In this document: in pieces, positions 1 through 13,187 of the stretch
Position numbering within the stretch: position 1 is the first letter of the stretch
How the letters are laid out: the number at the start of each line of letters is the position of its first letter
DNA from: Takakia lepidozioides
Lineage: Eukaryota > Plantae > Bryophyta
NCBI GenBank assembly: GCA_030704615.1
Contig: CM060734.1
Span: 62,620,001-62,684,000, forward strand
Reading direction: 5' to 3'
Length of the DNA stretch: 64,000 bases
Notes under the pieces: generated by a model
Database searches by the model: none
Seen by the model: only the letters and a program-made list of their open reading frames with translations
Told to the model about the DNA's origin: nothing
Made by a program: the position numbers and the translations under genes

Positions 1-628
1 TCTGCTGGGTTTCACTTTTCATGGTTCCTGGTGCAGTTCCAGTGCCACAGATTGTGCAGAAATAAAAATGTGGTGCGCCAGGGTTTTTGTGAAGACTGAA
101 AGGCCACATGACGACAAGGTTTTTATGCAATTGATGATTGAATTTGTCCCAGTCTGTACCTGCCTTCTTGAGTCCAATGTCTACATGGCTCAGGGCAATA
201 AGCTCTCTGTCTCCTTTGTCTGCTTGTAGCTCATGATACAAGCCTGTTCCTATGCTGCGGGTGTGCAAAACATACCTAAGTCACTTGACTGGTTTACATT
301 GTATTTCTGCCTTTTTCATGGAAGTTGGCTAGTTAATATTGGCGAGCACACAGGGAATATGCAACATTGAAAGTATACAGGTAAAAGAACATATGAAAGT
401 GACCTATGTCATTCTAGAAACCTAGGATGGTTGCGGTGGCATAGCATGAAACAGAATCACATCATACCTGATGATGCATGAGTTGGCAGCAAAATGGACA
501 TATGATGACCTGGCTTTCAGGCACTGATCTGTCCTTTATGTAACTTTCAGCTCTTTTGGGTGTTATAAAGCATTAAAAAAATTTAAGCATGTGTGACAGT
601 GATCTCCACATTGTGATGCCTGCTGCAG

Positions 629-3300
629 GAGCTTTTGATGACCCTGAGGTGACCCATGTGGAAGATACCGTTGATCCTATCAGAGATCTGGAAATCATTA
701 CTCAAGAGTTGCGCCTCAAGGTATATGATTGCCATATTATTTTTACACTGTGCCTATATGGTCTATGTTCTTTTGTTGATGGTGTGATGGCGCAACCTTG
801 GCAGGATACTGAGTTTATGGACAGGAAACTTGAGGATCTGGAAAAGGCTTTGAAGCGCAGCAATGACAAGCAGCTCAAATTGGAACTGGAGTGTTGCCAG
901 AAAGTAAGGCACCTTGTGGACTCATGGTTTTCCAATGCATTGGATATGCTGGGAGTTTTGTGGTGGTGAAAGCTGTACTGTGCGGCAGTACATCTGGGCC
1001 ATACTATTGTCGGATCTCATGGTTCAGTGTCATGTCTTGTTGCTTGAGTTGACCATCGGGTTGAACTTACATGAAGCAATGCAGCATTTTTTTTTGCACT
1101 TTTTAATTTTGCCTCCCATTAGTACAGGTTACAAGGCAGTTCATCTCAATGACAGTTACTCCATTTTCCCTGTAAACTGCTTTTTAGCTTTATGGTCTTC
1201 TTTCAGGACTAATCACTTCAGTCCTATGAGCGTGCATGTGTTGGAGATTGGCAGAGAGGAAGCTTAGGTTTCTCATTTAATTTACCCAGTCACTTACTTC
1301 CAGCACTAGTATAAGGAACATACTCCCCCAGAAGCGTATCTTATCGACCTTTATCTTTCCTACTTACAATCAATTCATGTTTATGGGAGATTTAGTGGAA
1401 ATCAACTAATTCTTGCAAAAACAGCCTTCAACATTACTGAACATCTTCATGTTGGACTCAGTAAGGGACTGTGGCGGGCTTTTGATGTGTATGGTCTGGA
1501 GTAGGTGCAAGCTTGGCTGAAAGATGGACACGATGTTCGACTTGGGGAATGGAAGGCTGCTGAGATTGAGATCCTTAACACCTTTCAATTGCTGTCTGCC
1601 AAACCTGTGGTTTACTTGGTATGCTTTGGAACTGGTGAAATTTCCTTGTTGTCGTAGCTGCTTTCTGACTAGCATACTCTAAGAGATCATGAAGGACCCT
1701 ATGTTCTCAGCCTGATCCAAAGTTCACAGGCACGGCAGGTCTCTTATGGACATGCTCGGGTGAGACATTGCAGGCTCGGGGTGAACTTGTTTCGTTGTAA
1801 CCTGCACTTGTGTCATTAGCATCAGTTGTCTGTCATGAGGGATTATGCAAAAGAGAGAGGCAGCAGCCAGGAGTGGAAGTTGTGCACTATTTGCATTGCA
1901 CCTTTGTGTGTGCAGGTGAACATGACAGAGAAGGACTATCAGCGGAAGAAGAATAAGTGGCTGCCCAAAATCCATACCTGGTTGGTCACCTGCATACGTT
2001 TACATGCATGTCTAGATGTAGGGGAGCCAAGGGCTACTTAGAGGGATCAGGAGTTCCAGGGTGTCGAAAGGAGAAAGGAGGGATTTGGAGGCACAAATGA
2101 CCATGATGTGGATTTGTTGTGTAGAATGTGTAACTGACACTGGAAAGGTGAAATTAATGCAAGAAGCAAGTGATGCAGGGTGCAGGAGCATGGAGGGGAA
2201 AGTATTATTCCATTCAGTGGGGTGCTCGAGCAGAAATTGGTTGATATGCCTGCTGATGAAGCTGCTACTTATTGCAAGGAAAACCAAACCATAAGGTAAA
2301 TTGTGGAAGGTTGCCAGGCTTGGTTGTTTGTACAGCAGTATGTATCTTGCAGGATGTCACAAGTTTTGCAGATGTCACTTGATCACAAGGAAAGCTGGAT
2401 GGCATGGGTGGTGGGTGGAATGTGTGCATGACAGTGCTTTGCCTAAGATAATCAAGACAGGATTTGCAGCCATCAACCTCATCTACTTCTTCACTGCAGG
2501 CCCAGATGAGGTGTGTTCTTGTACTGGTGATGCTGTGCCAGACTTGTTCAAATAGTTAGTTATAGCAGATGGTTTCAGTTCTTACTGAGCCTAGTTCAGA
2601 GGACATTTCCCCAAAATAATCTTGTAATGTCTGCTGCAGTCTATTCTCGTGAAGTCTCAACCCTGCATGATCGCTGTAGTCAAGGGATATTTGATCCCCT
2701 AGAGACGGTTAGCATCTTCATGGTGGTAAATGATGCCCAAGTTTAAACTTTGTGGGTGTGACAGGTCAAGTGCTGGCAAATCCGCAAGCAATCCAAGGCG
2801 CCGCAAGCAGCAGGCACCATTCACACTGACTTCGAGCGAGGCTTCATTTGTGCAGAGGTACTGACCACTGACCAATCACAGATCCAACTTAGTGCTGCAG
2901 TGGGCAGCATTCAGCCCTAAGGGGTGGAAGGTGCGCTAGGCTGAAGTGGAGGACTGTTGTGTAACGCTCTGTTGCCTGGTTTTCTGACAGGTGATGAAGT
3001 TTGAGGATCTGAAGGAGCTTGGGACTGAGGGGGCTGTCAAGGTGGGTAGTATGATATAATCTGGCACTGCTTTGATGTTTTGCTCCTCTTGTGTGCATCT
3101 CTTTCCTACCAAAGACTCCTTCCCCTCCTCTTGTTGGGTCCTCGACAAGGTTGTAGCAGATAGTTAAGAATGTTCACTGGATTATTTTTGGGTGACTGCA
3201 GGCGGCAGGTAAATACAAACAAGAAGGGAAGAACTATGTGGTGCAAGATGGTGACATCATTCTTTTCAAATTTAATGTTACTGCATCAGGTAAAAAGTAG
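629..3300 (+). CDS. OLA1: Obg-like ATPase 1 / YchF, 3' part (exons 629-720, 805-903, 1505-1618, 1916-1980, 2179-2296, 2435-2510, 2765-2857, 2991-3041, 3202-3300); 5' exons lie upstream of the window
   Basis: GT-AG exons splice in frame to [23 protein letters not shown]...[18 protein letters not shown]...[84 protein letters not shown]-stop (TAG 3298-3300), the characteristic YchF C-terminal/TGS region. Confidence 0.96.
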
Positions 3301-6300
3301 TCTGATTCAGCAAAATTTCTTTTTTAAGAACACTTCTGAAAACCATTTATACAGGCTAAGTGAAGGTGGACTGTAATGTCAGCTGCCTGCCTTGTGTGTG
3401 CAACTCTGCCAGTTGGGCAAGATAGACAAAGGCGTGGTAGGCAAGCATCACATTCTGATCGTTTTTTCTCCATTGCCTAGCTGTAGGAGATAAGATTGGA
3501 ACAGACTGGACAAATTAGGCATTGAGAGTATTAGAGAAGTTTGTGAAGCCACCTAGCTAGGCATGTGGCGTGTTCAATGGGTTGATGCTGTGGCGGCCTG
3601 TATTTTTTGGGTGAGAGAGGTGGGGCTTATGAAAATTTTCAAGCTCCCACCCTTATATGAAGCAGAGGGACACTCGTATGTCTGGTAAAACCACCACTTT
3701 GGGACCTTTCAGAGGACTTGGAACTCCTTCTGTAACACAGAAGTACTCCCTGTACTACAGTTTTATGGATCAGTTGTCAATACATTTGCAGCATGTATTT
3801 GTCCAAGGTGTTGACCTGTCCCCCATGCACAATTTTGGGTTCCCCAGGCAAACCCTGCTTGGACACCATTGACCAATAATATAATCCCAGCTAATCATTG
3901 GCCACATACTTGACAATGAAAGGGCCTTCAAAGCTCACATGCTTAACTGGTCTGGACTAGTGGCAGGTTCATAGATAACTAAATCTCCCGATCATGTCAA
4001 CTCTCTGAGGCTTCAGTTGGGGAGATTGCAAAAGTGTACCTGGGTTTGAGGAACCATGTAAAAGCAAAAGAAAATTCCACATCTGTTGACTGCTGATAAT
4101 CTATGTGCAGTGATACATTTCATACCTTCTTGCACTTCCAAACTGTACTAGGACTTGAGTGAGGTTGATATTTCCTCACCTCTGATCCAGAATTCTTCTC
4201 AAAGAAATGAATTTGAAGAGAAAGGTACAATTCCTAGGTAGGTGAAGTGTGTTTGATTAGTGTGGGAGTTCACTTCGCCCTATTGAAAGATCTTATTTCG
4301 CAGCCTTGATTCTGTCAGGATGCTTTAGCAACGCTAGAAGGATTGTTTTTTGAAATGTCCCTCTCCGTGTGCAGCTTCTCCTCTTAGCTTTGTGCTCTCT
4401 TCTGTGTCTGCCCAGAGTTTTGTGGTCGTCCTCTTGTCATACACCGGCGCCACCAGGTCTCAACGCAAAAGAGACGGTACATATCTTTAGCTTGGACATT
4501 AGACGGAACACAAGATTAGATTTCAATCGTCTTTGGTAATCCTCAGTGGAAGGGCATTGGAGAACATTTTGTGTAGACCTCCTGTCCTGTTTAGGTTTCA
4601 TTGGAGGGCCCTGGTGAAGGAGCCAGCATAAAAATTAGGGTATGCCACTCTTTGCACCCTGCGCACTGTATTCTTTAGTAAAAGGCGAAAGAATAGTTCG
4701 CTTAGCGCTGAGCACACGGCTTGAGAGTCCAATATGGGGAAGGCAAGGGTTATATACGACTTATCCATCAAGATGTGTGCAATCGATATGGGATAAATAT
4801 CTGGCTATATTTTTCCAACATAAAATGCAAAATCCTACGGCAGGCATCCTGAGGTACTGTTAAAATGTAAAGCGATGATTTTGTGGGCTGCATCGGCCTC
4901 ACAGAGGCGAGGACTGTGAGAATACTGCTTGTTTCCTCTTGCAAGCTTGCCTGGTAACCGCAACCGCCTGTTAGCAAAAAATATAAATAACCGCCCAGTA
5001 CTGGGCTTTTCCCTCGTTGGAGACCCTTGACAAAGGAAAAATTACAAAACCCTTTGAAAATCCCCTTGGGAGCGTTTATCAGAGCAGAACTTGGAGGGAA
5101 AGACCAACAATCCTTTTCTAGCACTTACGTAGAGAAAAGTTGGGGGGAAAGATGTTGGGGATAATGTAGGAGTCCCGTTTGGAGCTTTTTTCGTAGGGGG
5201 AAAGTCAATGGCAGGGGGACATATCAACAAGCTTAGAGAGAAAGGAAGACGCTATATACCACAAATTTCCATCCCCAAATTTCTTGTCCTGAATGTCTGC
5301 AATGATTCATGAATGCTATACACATCACAATCTCTCCTATTGACAGCAGTTGACCAAGGAATTGTACCACCTCCTTCAATTTGCCATGGAAGTTTTGCTT
5401 TGCTCTTGTCTCTTCCAACCTTCATATCACCACAGATTGAAGTTGTCGGAACGCATCCGGATCATTGGTAAGCTAGAATAGTAAAACAAAAGTGACAAAG
5501 TTGGGATAGAAGAAAAGAAGAGGAAGACAAAGAATACACATATAAAGTAGTTGAGCAAAGTAGACAGCAAGTCTAATCATGGCTCCAAGAATCCAGCTCC
5601 ATTGTCTAATTAATTAGATAGGTATATGACAAAAGAAACACGTAATTACCTCCTCCCCAAATATTTCTCACATTCCCAACCCACTAGAGATTCCATCATG
5701 GAAGGGTTTGCTCTGTAGCCGATTGAAAGCATTTGACTACAGTACTCCAATTTCAACTTTTTCAAGAACATTTACAAAATTCTCCATTTTTTATCTTCTT
5801 GTACCGTAGCCTCTTATCCGGTTGGACAGAAATTTGCCCAATAATTTTTTCTTTTTCTTTGAACTGTTGGGCAATATCACATAACTGGGCAATCCAATTA
5901 TGAAGTTTATATTGAACTGGACACATCATGAGTCAAATACATCTATCAATTGCACAGAGTCGATGAATATCAATAAGGTGATAGCTATTTTTGAGGTGAT
6001 TACAATTAACATTACATTATTTGTAACTTAATCAAGTTGACCGATTCATCTATGTATGATTATAAAAGGTTCTCCGTGTGGTCTGATATCTTTCGATATT
6101 GCTTGTTTCTCTCATATCTCTCTACTTATCCCAGTGAGCGGCTTCAAAGCATCCAGCACATCTGCAGTTTGCTTGGGAGCCAATAGAGAAACTGTCCAAC
6201 GAAATCAAGCGAGAAAGCAGGATGTGCGTCGTGCGAGAGCATGCGCAAGAAACGGAATAGCATGTGGAGCCCTGCACCCACATATGACTGTATTTGACAT

Positions 6301-7537
6301 CCTATAGATAGACATACACAACCATACTTCTCTGAATCATCATATGTTGTATTCATTATTTACTTATACTTCATATGGTCCTTGCTTAAAGGTGGCTGAT
6401 TTGATACAATGAAATAGCAAGAGTCAACATCTAAGAAGTAAAATAAGTTGCATAAGTTCTTAAGCTACATAAGTTGCTATTGGTGTATAATAAGTACAAA
6501 CATTTGTAATGTTGTCATCAAGACTTGTTATATAAGATGCAATAGTTGATGTCAGGTGGAGCAACAATACAACTCAATTTTGATATATGTGAAGCTCGAG
6601 GATGATTGAGGAACTATGGAGATGCATGTTGTTGTGTGTCGTATCTATGTAGAAATCCAATTGTCAATGATACAAATAAAATTTCATATATACTGAATGA
6701 TGGTTTAATATTTACTTGTCTAAAAAGTATGCACGATATAAAGTGCAAGACTACTTTCCTAATGTACAAACAAAGAGATAATTGTATATTTAATATATAT
6801 ATATAGAAGTATTCAAAATTAAGTGCTAAAATAAGTTAATTTTAGTTTGGGGTCTAAAGCCATACACTTTTGAACTATTTCAAGTCCTTCCTAAATAGAT
6901 ATCAAAGAGATATAAATACAAATTCTTAGTCTACATGAACTACGTACGTAATTCTTGTTCATTGCTATAGTGTTTGTGACGTCATTCTACTTAAGATTTG
7001 TCGGTAGCTAGAACAAACTATTGTATCTCAAGAAGGGTGCTTTCATAACTATATCACTTATTGTTACTCGCTTTCATGATTGGATAGGTTGGCTCATCTG
7101 ATGCACGATGACAATGAAAACTGGTGGCAACAATTGTAGCAACCTTTGGTATCTGCAATCCATCACATCATTTTCTACATTGTTGTATATACAATTTTGA
7201 TTTATATTGCAAGAAATAATAGAAGTAGAGAATATATTACAGTCTAGCTTATAGACATACAAAGTCAAACTTAGATTTAATGGATATATATGTTGATGAT
7301 GATATAGTGTTTGGAGATGAACAAATGACAGTGGATTGGATGAATGGACAGACAATGCAACATCGTTGTCGTTATATGTGTCACCCATGTGAGTATGAAT
7401 ATATTTACTCTTCAATTAAATAGCTTGAGTTTTATAGCTAAAAAATTGAAGGTTTCTCATTTTTTGTATTTTTCATATTTATCAATAATTCAAATAGTCT
7501 AACAATCTCTGAATTCAAGTGTATTCATATGTTTTAG

Positions 7538-7750
7538 GCCAACCTTGTGGAAAATCATGCGCAACAGGACAGCTGGACATTTTTTAGGATTTCCATATGT
7601 GATAGCATTGTTAATTGCATGTTATGGACCTTTTATGGGCTCCCGTCTATGACATATAATCACATGTTGGTGGTGAGCATCAATAGCGTTGGAAGTTTTC
7701 TCGAGATTATCTACGTCTCCATTTTCTTGTATTACGGCAAAGAAAATAGG
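7538..7750 (+). pseudogene. SWEET: SWEET (MtN3/saliva) sugar transporter exon with a 1-nt frameshift
   Basis: AG acceptor at 7536-37 and GT donor at 7751; translates PTLWKIMRNRTAGHFLGFPYVIAL-(frameshift)-NCMLWTFYGLP...MLVVSINSVGSFLEIIYVSIFLYYG, matching the conserved SWEET third exon; no other exons convincingly found. Confidence 0.8.
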
Positions 7751-8449
7751 GTAATTTCTCAAAACTCGCGTTCTCATATTATTTCGCGTTCACCATTTCG
7801 GTGTTCTATGTTGTTGTCTGTCAATAGCTTACGGTGTCTAGGGCTTACTTATGGTGCTTACGGTGCCTTATGGTGTTAGAGTTAGAGCTAAGAGCTCGAG
7901 TTTACGGTGGTGCTTATAGTGCTTTCTTTGCCTGATGGACAAGGATGGCCAATGCAAGGCCCTCCGCCAACTCTTAAAGGCTAGATGTCCATGTGTGAAT
8001 TTTAGAGGTGATGACATCAAGTAGTTGGTGGATGAGGGATATGATAGAGCAACTCCACTTTGAATTAGCCAATAAGGCCGCCTCCCTCCTGAATGCCCTA
8101 CTCTCCCTCATCATCTCTCTCACTGCCCAAACTAAGAATGCCCCTAAAACTACATGTGGCGCTACAGCTAGAGCTACCGAAAGCAAAATATTGTGTCGAT
8201 TGTCCGCCATGATTTCTGCAACTGTAAGACAGAAAAAAATTTGAAGTGATCCAAGATGGATAATAAACACCACGACACATATTTTATGCTTTTCAAAGAT
8301 GCCAATTTCCTCGACCAACGTCCTTCCAAACCCTTGGGTTTGCGTTTTGAGACAATGACAATAAACCTTTCCAAATGAATCTTCATCTGTCATATAAGTT
8401 GTTCCGTAGTCTTCACCATTAGATTGACATATTTCTTCAATACACACAA

Positions 8450-9960
8450 GAATGTTAAAATGTGCATAACATCATAGTTTACAAGGTCAAGGCAAATATC
8501 AAAGCCGTACAATTGATGCAAGATAACATAGTCCGTTTATGTAACAACATTATCCTCGTCCGTTTATGTGAGGTTTTCTTGTTTCGTAAGTTGAGGTGAC
8601 CTTTTTCCGTGTTATGATTAGTCATTTGGCAAATGTCGCAAGAAACCTTGGTCAACGTGCATTCTAGCGCTAAACTTCCATAGTTTTTGCATAGGTGATA
8701 GTGGATATCGTTTTGTATTATCACTACTTCGTTTGAAAATTGTAGTAATTTGGTACTTTACAACACTTCTTGCAAGAGACCAAATAAATTGGGTCTCATG
8801 TCGTGGCATTGACAACATGAGTAGCCACCGTCTTTTGACCCCTAACCTTGCACCGGGAATGATTTGGAATTGCATATGAAACAACTAGACCATTTACATG
8901 TGTATCTTCCAACACATGAATAGTGGCTCTAAAAATGTTGACAATATGTTTGTGTCCCCTTGTTTAATCATTTTCTTCGAGCTAGCAAGCTTGAAAATTA
9001 CAATAAAGAAGAGTATATCATGACATTACGACCATGATCTCAAAAAGATGTCCTAACCAGGTCATAATTAGCCAGCCCACTGCTTTCCTCATGTAGAACG
9101 CGGACACCATCATAGCAAGAATGAAATTTATTCTGAAAACTCTTAATGTTGGAGGCAGAGACCATTCGGAGCTTCATTTTGGTCTTTGTTAGGAATTCAA
9201 ACCTTCATGTGCTTTTGTTTGTCTTATGTTTTGAGTTGCCCCGTGTTTGCAATACGAGCTAAACCGTCACTAATTAAAAGACGAGCCTGGAGTCTGGTGA
9301 GTGTTGATGGATTGCCTAGTTCAGTCTGAGCGGGTCATGGCAATCCAGGTATTTTTCTTGGCTTTGTTATTTTGTTCATGAGGATTTGATGGCGCAAATT
9401 GTAAGTTTAATTCTGCGGCGACAACACTGTCAGGTTGGCCCGTATAGTAGCGACTCTTTGGATGATATTTAACCCGAGCCTGTCTATTTTTGTGTCTGCA
9501 AGTCTGATGAGGAGGAGGCTCTTTTGGCAGTGTTTCTAATTTGTTTTTTCTTGGGCAGACATATGTACATTTTCTATCCCCTCAAACTTGTTCAAAGGTT
9601 CGGGTTCCCTCTTGTTTTGAAAGTGTCCAATACCATGGTTTCATGCACTAACGAGTTACTTTGTTTCTTAGCCTTCCCTTCCATAGACAATTGGGCAGTT
9701 GATTGTTGAACCCGCTGCAGTTGCTAATTTGTTCAATGATTCGTTCAATGCGTCGCTTGGAGTCAAGTGTTCACAATTTTTTTGGTTCCTTGGTTGCGTT
9801 GTACTGCACTCGGGGTTTCGAAGGACCAGTCTTTCTCATTGGCATCTTATCCCATCTTCTCAGGTGGTGCGGAATGTATCATGGGAAGCCCCTGCTATCT
9901 CTGGTTTCCGTTGGATATCTGTACAATGCTTGGCCCAAGCCTTCCTGGATTTTGTCCCAA
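8450..9960 (-). mobile_element. Degenerate LTR-retrotransposon gag-like fragment
   Basis: Decayed CCHC knuckles on the minus strand (CFICNSK..., YHLCKNYGSLALEC, CDICQMTNHNTEKG); many stops; boundaries approximate. Confidence 0.4.
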
Positions 9961-10114
9961 GGTCATAGAAAACAGATGTGAGAAGAGCTGACACAGTAGA
10001 AGTTTGACCAGATATACACTATAATCTATATTGATATAATTATGTATGGATCTCCATGTGTAATGACAGATTATTTTAGAATTGTGGAACAAAAAAAATT
10101 TAAGTGTAAATTAC

Positions 10115-11597
10115 CCTTTATTTTTTATTTTTTTAAGGGGATGGAAGCCCTTAAACTTTATATTAGGGGGACAAGAAAATACAAAGAGGAAAAAATACCC
10201 TCTGATATAGTGCCATAGAGGCTGATCCAGGAAGTCTCCGCTTCGTAACCAAACTACAGAGAGAAACGAGCCCAAATGGAGCTAGCTTGTGAACATATCG
10301 TAGAAATTGCCTACAGGGAGAGTGCAAAGGATATCGCAAGGTAACAGAGGCAGAGGTGCCGAAGGACTATTGAGAAGAGCTAGTATCTTGAAATCTGAGA
10401 GAAACACCAAGAGAACTATCGTCCCAAGGAACGGAGCCCTCGAGAAGATGAATTAGAAACTCCCACGTTTCCTCTTGGGGGGAACAAATGACAATTGAGT
10501 CCTAGATCTAGTAGTTCTGATGGACCGGCGGTGGCGCCAATTGACCTCAGACACCTCGCCGATTGCAGGTGAACGAAGCGAACTACAGGAGCTCCCAGCT
10601 TGCAGGGATGGCGTCCTTCCATTGAATTTTGTCTGTGGAAGAACCTCTGAAGCAGATGGCTGCACCTTGCCCCAAGTGTTGTCAAAGTGATCGAGAAGTT
10701 GGTCTTGTTTTCTGCTGTCAGCCCTGCAAAGAGCTTCCCTCAACACCCACCACGCCTTACGGGCCTCAGACAACAGGTCTGAGTGAACCAGTCCCAAAAT
10801 TACTCTCACCTTGCTCGGCTTCCCAGCAAAGATATGAGCACATCTTGCCTTCCAGAGCTGCCATAAGATGTGAGCCTTGATCGTGGCCCAGACAGGGCAA
10901 TCAGACCAAAGACTACCTTGGGAAAAATTTTAAAGCAAAATGGAAGGACATGGAAACGATGGTTGTTTCCATTGATTGTAGAAAGTCAAAACATGAGACC
11001 AGACAGCAGTAGCCATAGGGCAATAAAACAAGCAGTGCTCAATTGTCTCTACTGCCTGAAGACCACAAGAAGAGCAACCCATGTGGCCATCCGGGAAGTG
11101 AGCCTTGACAGGAAGGATCCTATTAGCTATTTTCCATAAGAATCCACTGATTTTAGCAGCTCTCTCTTTCCTCCACACATCTTTCCAAATGCATCTCCAA
11201 GAAGAAGGGCAATCCGCCAGGTGAGACCACTTGGCTGACCATTTGGCATCCATAGAATTGGCGGGTTTGAGCAGCGAGGCCCCAAGCTTGACTGAGTACT
11301 TGAAGCAGGGGCTCCGTTTTCTATCTTTCCAAACCCATTCGCCTGGGTCAAACTGCAAAAGAGTGATTGGCGCACGAAGGAACCAATGAAGATGAGGGTT
11401 TGAGTGTCTTCCTTGATCCAGCGAAGGGTTCACTTCACTAGTAGCCATACAAATAACCCAAATGGGAAAGCAAAGGTCTTCATCTATGTCTCCTGGAATA
11501 GGGGAGAAGAGGCCCCGAGTCCTAACTTGGAAAATCCAGCCCTGGAGGAGATTATCCGATCTGGATATGGCATAGAAGGCCAAAAACACAATTTTAA
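10115..11597 (-). mobile_element. L1-type LINE, 3' half (zf-RVT domain, 3' UTR, poly-A tail)
   Basis: ORF 10930-11589: WKDVWRKERAAKISGFLWKIANRILPV...CSSCGLQAVETIEHCLFYCPMATAVW; T-rich tract at about 10115-10135 is the poly-A on the minus strand. Confidence 0.85.
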
Positions 11598-12144
11598 GTA
11601 AATCTGGACTAAAGTTTGGTCCAGAAATAAGGAGAAATATCTGAATATGTATTTTTAAATCATTTAAATAAATTTAAATGGATCATTTTAAATATAAATA
11701 TATAAATAATTGTTTGTCTATTAATATATAATATGAGCAATAAAAAATATTATTCTAGCGACGACCGAAGGTCGAGAGCTAGTTTAGCGTAGAGGAGGAA
11801 TAGCCACATCATCGTCGCCACGTTTCGTAGCCACCTGTCGTTGCCACGTTTTGTACGTCGTCAATTTCTTTGGGCCCTGCCCAGTCTGCCCGAAAATAAC
11901 TGGGAAAAAAACCCGGATAGATGATGCCCCCGCGTCCTTGATCGCGTTTACAAGGTTCTTGGAAGAGTCAGCTTGGTCTTACGTTGTGTTTCAATCTCTT
12001 TCTGCTCAACGGCACCGTGGTGGTTCTCACAGACCAATCTGGCATTACCTGACTACAGACACAAGCAGCACACAGAATGTGAGACCTTTGACCAATGGTA
12101 CGTGAAGGGGTGACGCTCACCAAGGTCACGTTCGTTTCTGCTCT

Positions 12145-12530
12145 CAGCGGCGTGTGCCAGCATAGGTGCCCTGGAAAAGGGAAAACATGTCCAAGCTGAC
12201 ATTATGAAAGCTAGAATTGCACCAGATATCATTCTAGAGGCTGCCCTTGTTGCCATCTATGCCAAGTGCGGGAGCATGAAGGAGGCCCGTCGAGTTTTCG
12301 TCAATATGGCTGGACGAGATGTGGTTTCATGGAGTGCGATGATTGATGGATATGCTCAGCAAGGGTGTGGTCAGGAGGCCTTGGAGACCTATGAGCAAAT
12401 GATATGGGAAGGGTGGGTACCTGACAAAGTCACATTCACTTCCGTTCTTGATGCATGTGTCAGCCTAGCAGACCTGGAAAAGGGCAAAAAGATCCATGCT
12501 GATATTATCAAAGCCAGAATTGAGCCACCC
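12145..12530 (+). pseudogene. PLS-class PPR fragment
   Basis: ALVAIYAKCGSMKEARRVFVNMAGRDVVSWSAMIDGYAQQGCGQEALETYEQM...PDKVTFTSVLDAC; truncated on both sides. Confidence 0.85.
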
Positions 12531-13187
12531 GGCATCCTTGAGCGCGGAGGGGTTTCACGCAATGTGGTGATGGCACCCTCTTCTTCGACCTATTTCAGCC
12601 TGTTTTTTCCTCTCATCAGACTCGGCCCTGAGATGCCTGTTATCATAATCAGCCCTAAATTTTCATGTTGAATTCTGCAAGTTAGCTAGTTGACTAAACC
12701 TTTGATAGTTTGGAGTGACTGACATGATACTGCCAATGTGACAACAGGAAAGTATCCAGAAACAGGTAACAGAGACGAGAAGCTGTGGAATGAATACTTT
12801 TATGACCCCTATTAATGGTGGGACAATCGAGGTAAAAAGGTAAATGCCTGTTGGATTATAGAGAGTAGCAGATGCAATTGAGCATAGGAACTAGTGTGAT
12901 AAGTTGAGTTGGGTGTTTCCTAGAACAAATCTAGGCTGTCATTGTCAGCTGCTAGCAGCAAAGCAAGGATGTATGCATGATTTGTACATAGGCATGGATA
13001 GTTGAAGGAGCAGGGATAGAGTGTGGGTCCAAACTCATCCAACAGGGCCGGACTTCAAGCTCCAGATGACCTATGACTGTGGATCAATAGCTACATCAAC
13101 TAACTAGCGCAACATAGAGAGTGGAGTCTTAACATTCAGTGACAAGCTGCCATCACACCCCAACGATTCATCAGCTCCTGACAGCGG

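Noticed and set aside
4200-5420. Possible LINE ORF1 remnant on the minus strand
   Set aside because: Too decayed; no diagnostic motif could be read with confidence
6100-6140. Possible SWEET exon 2 (LISLYLS before gtgag)
   Set aside because: No suitable acceptor and the phase does not fit the downstream exon
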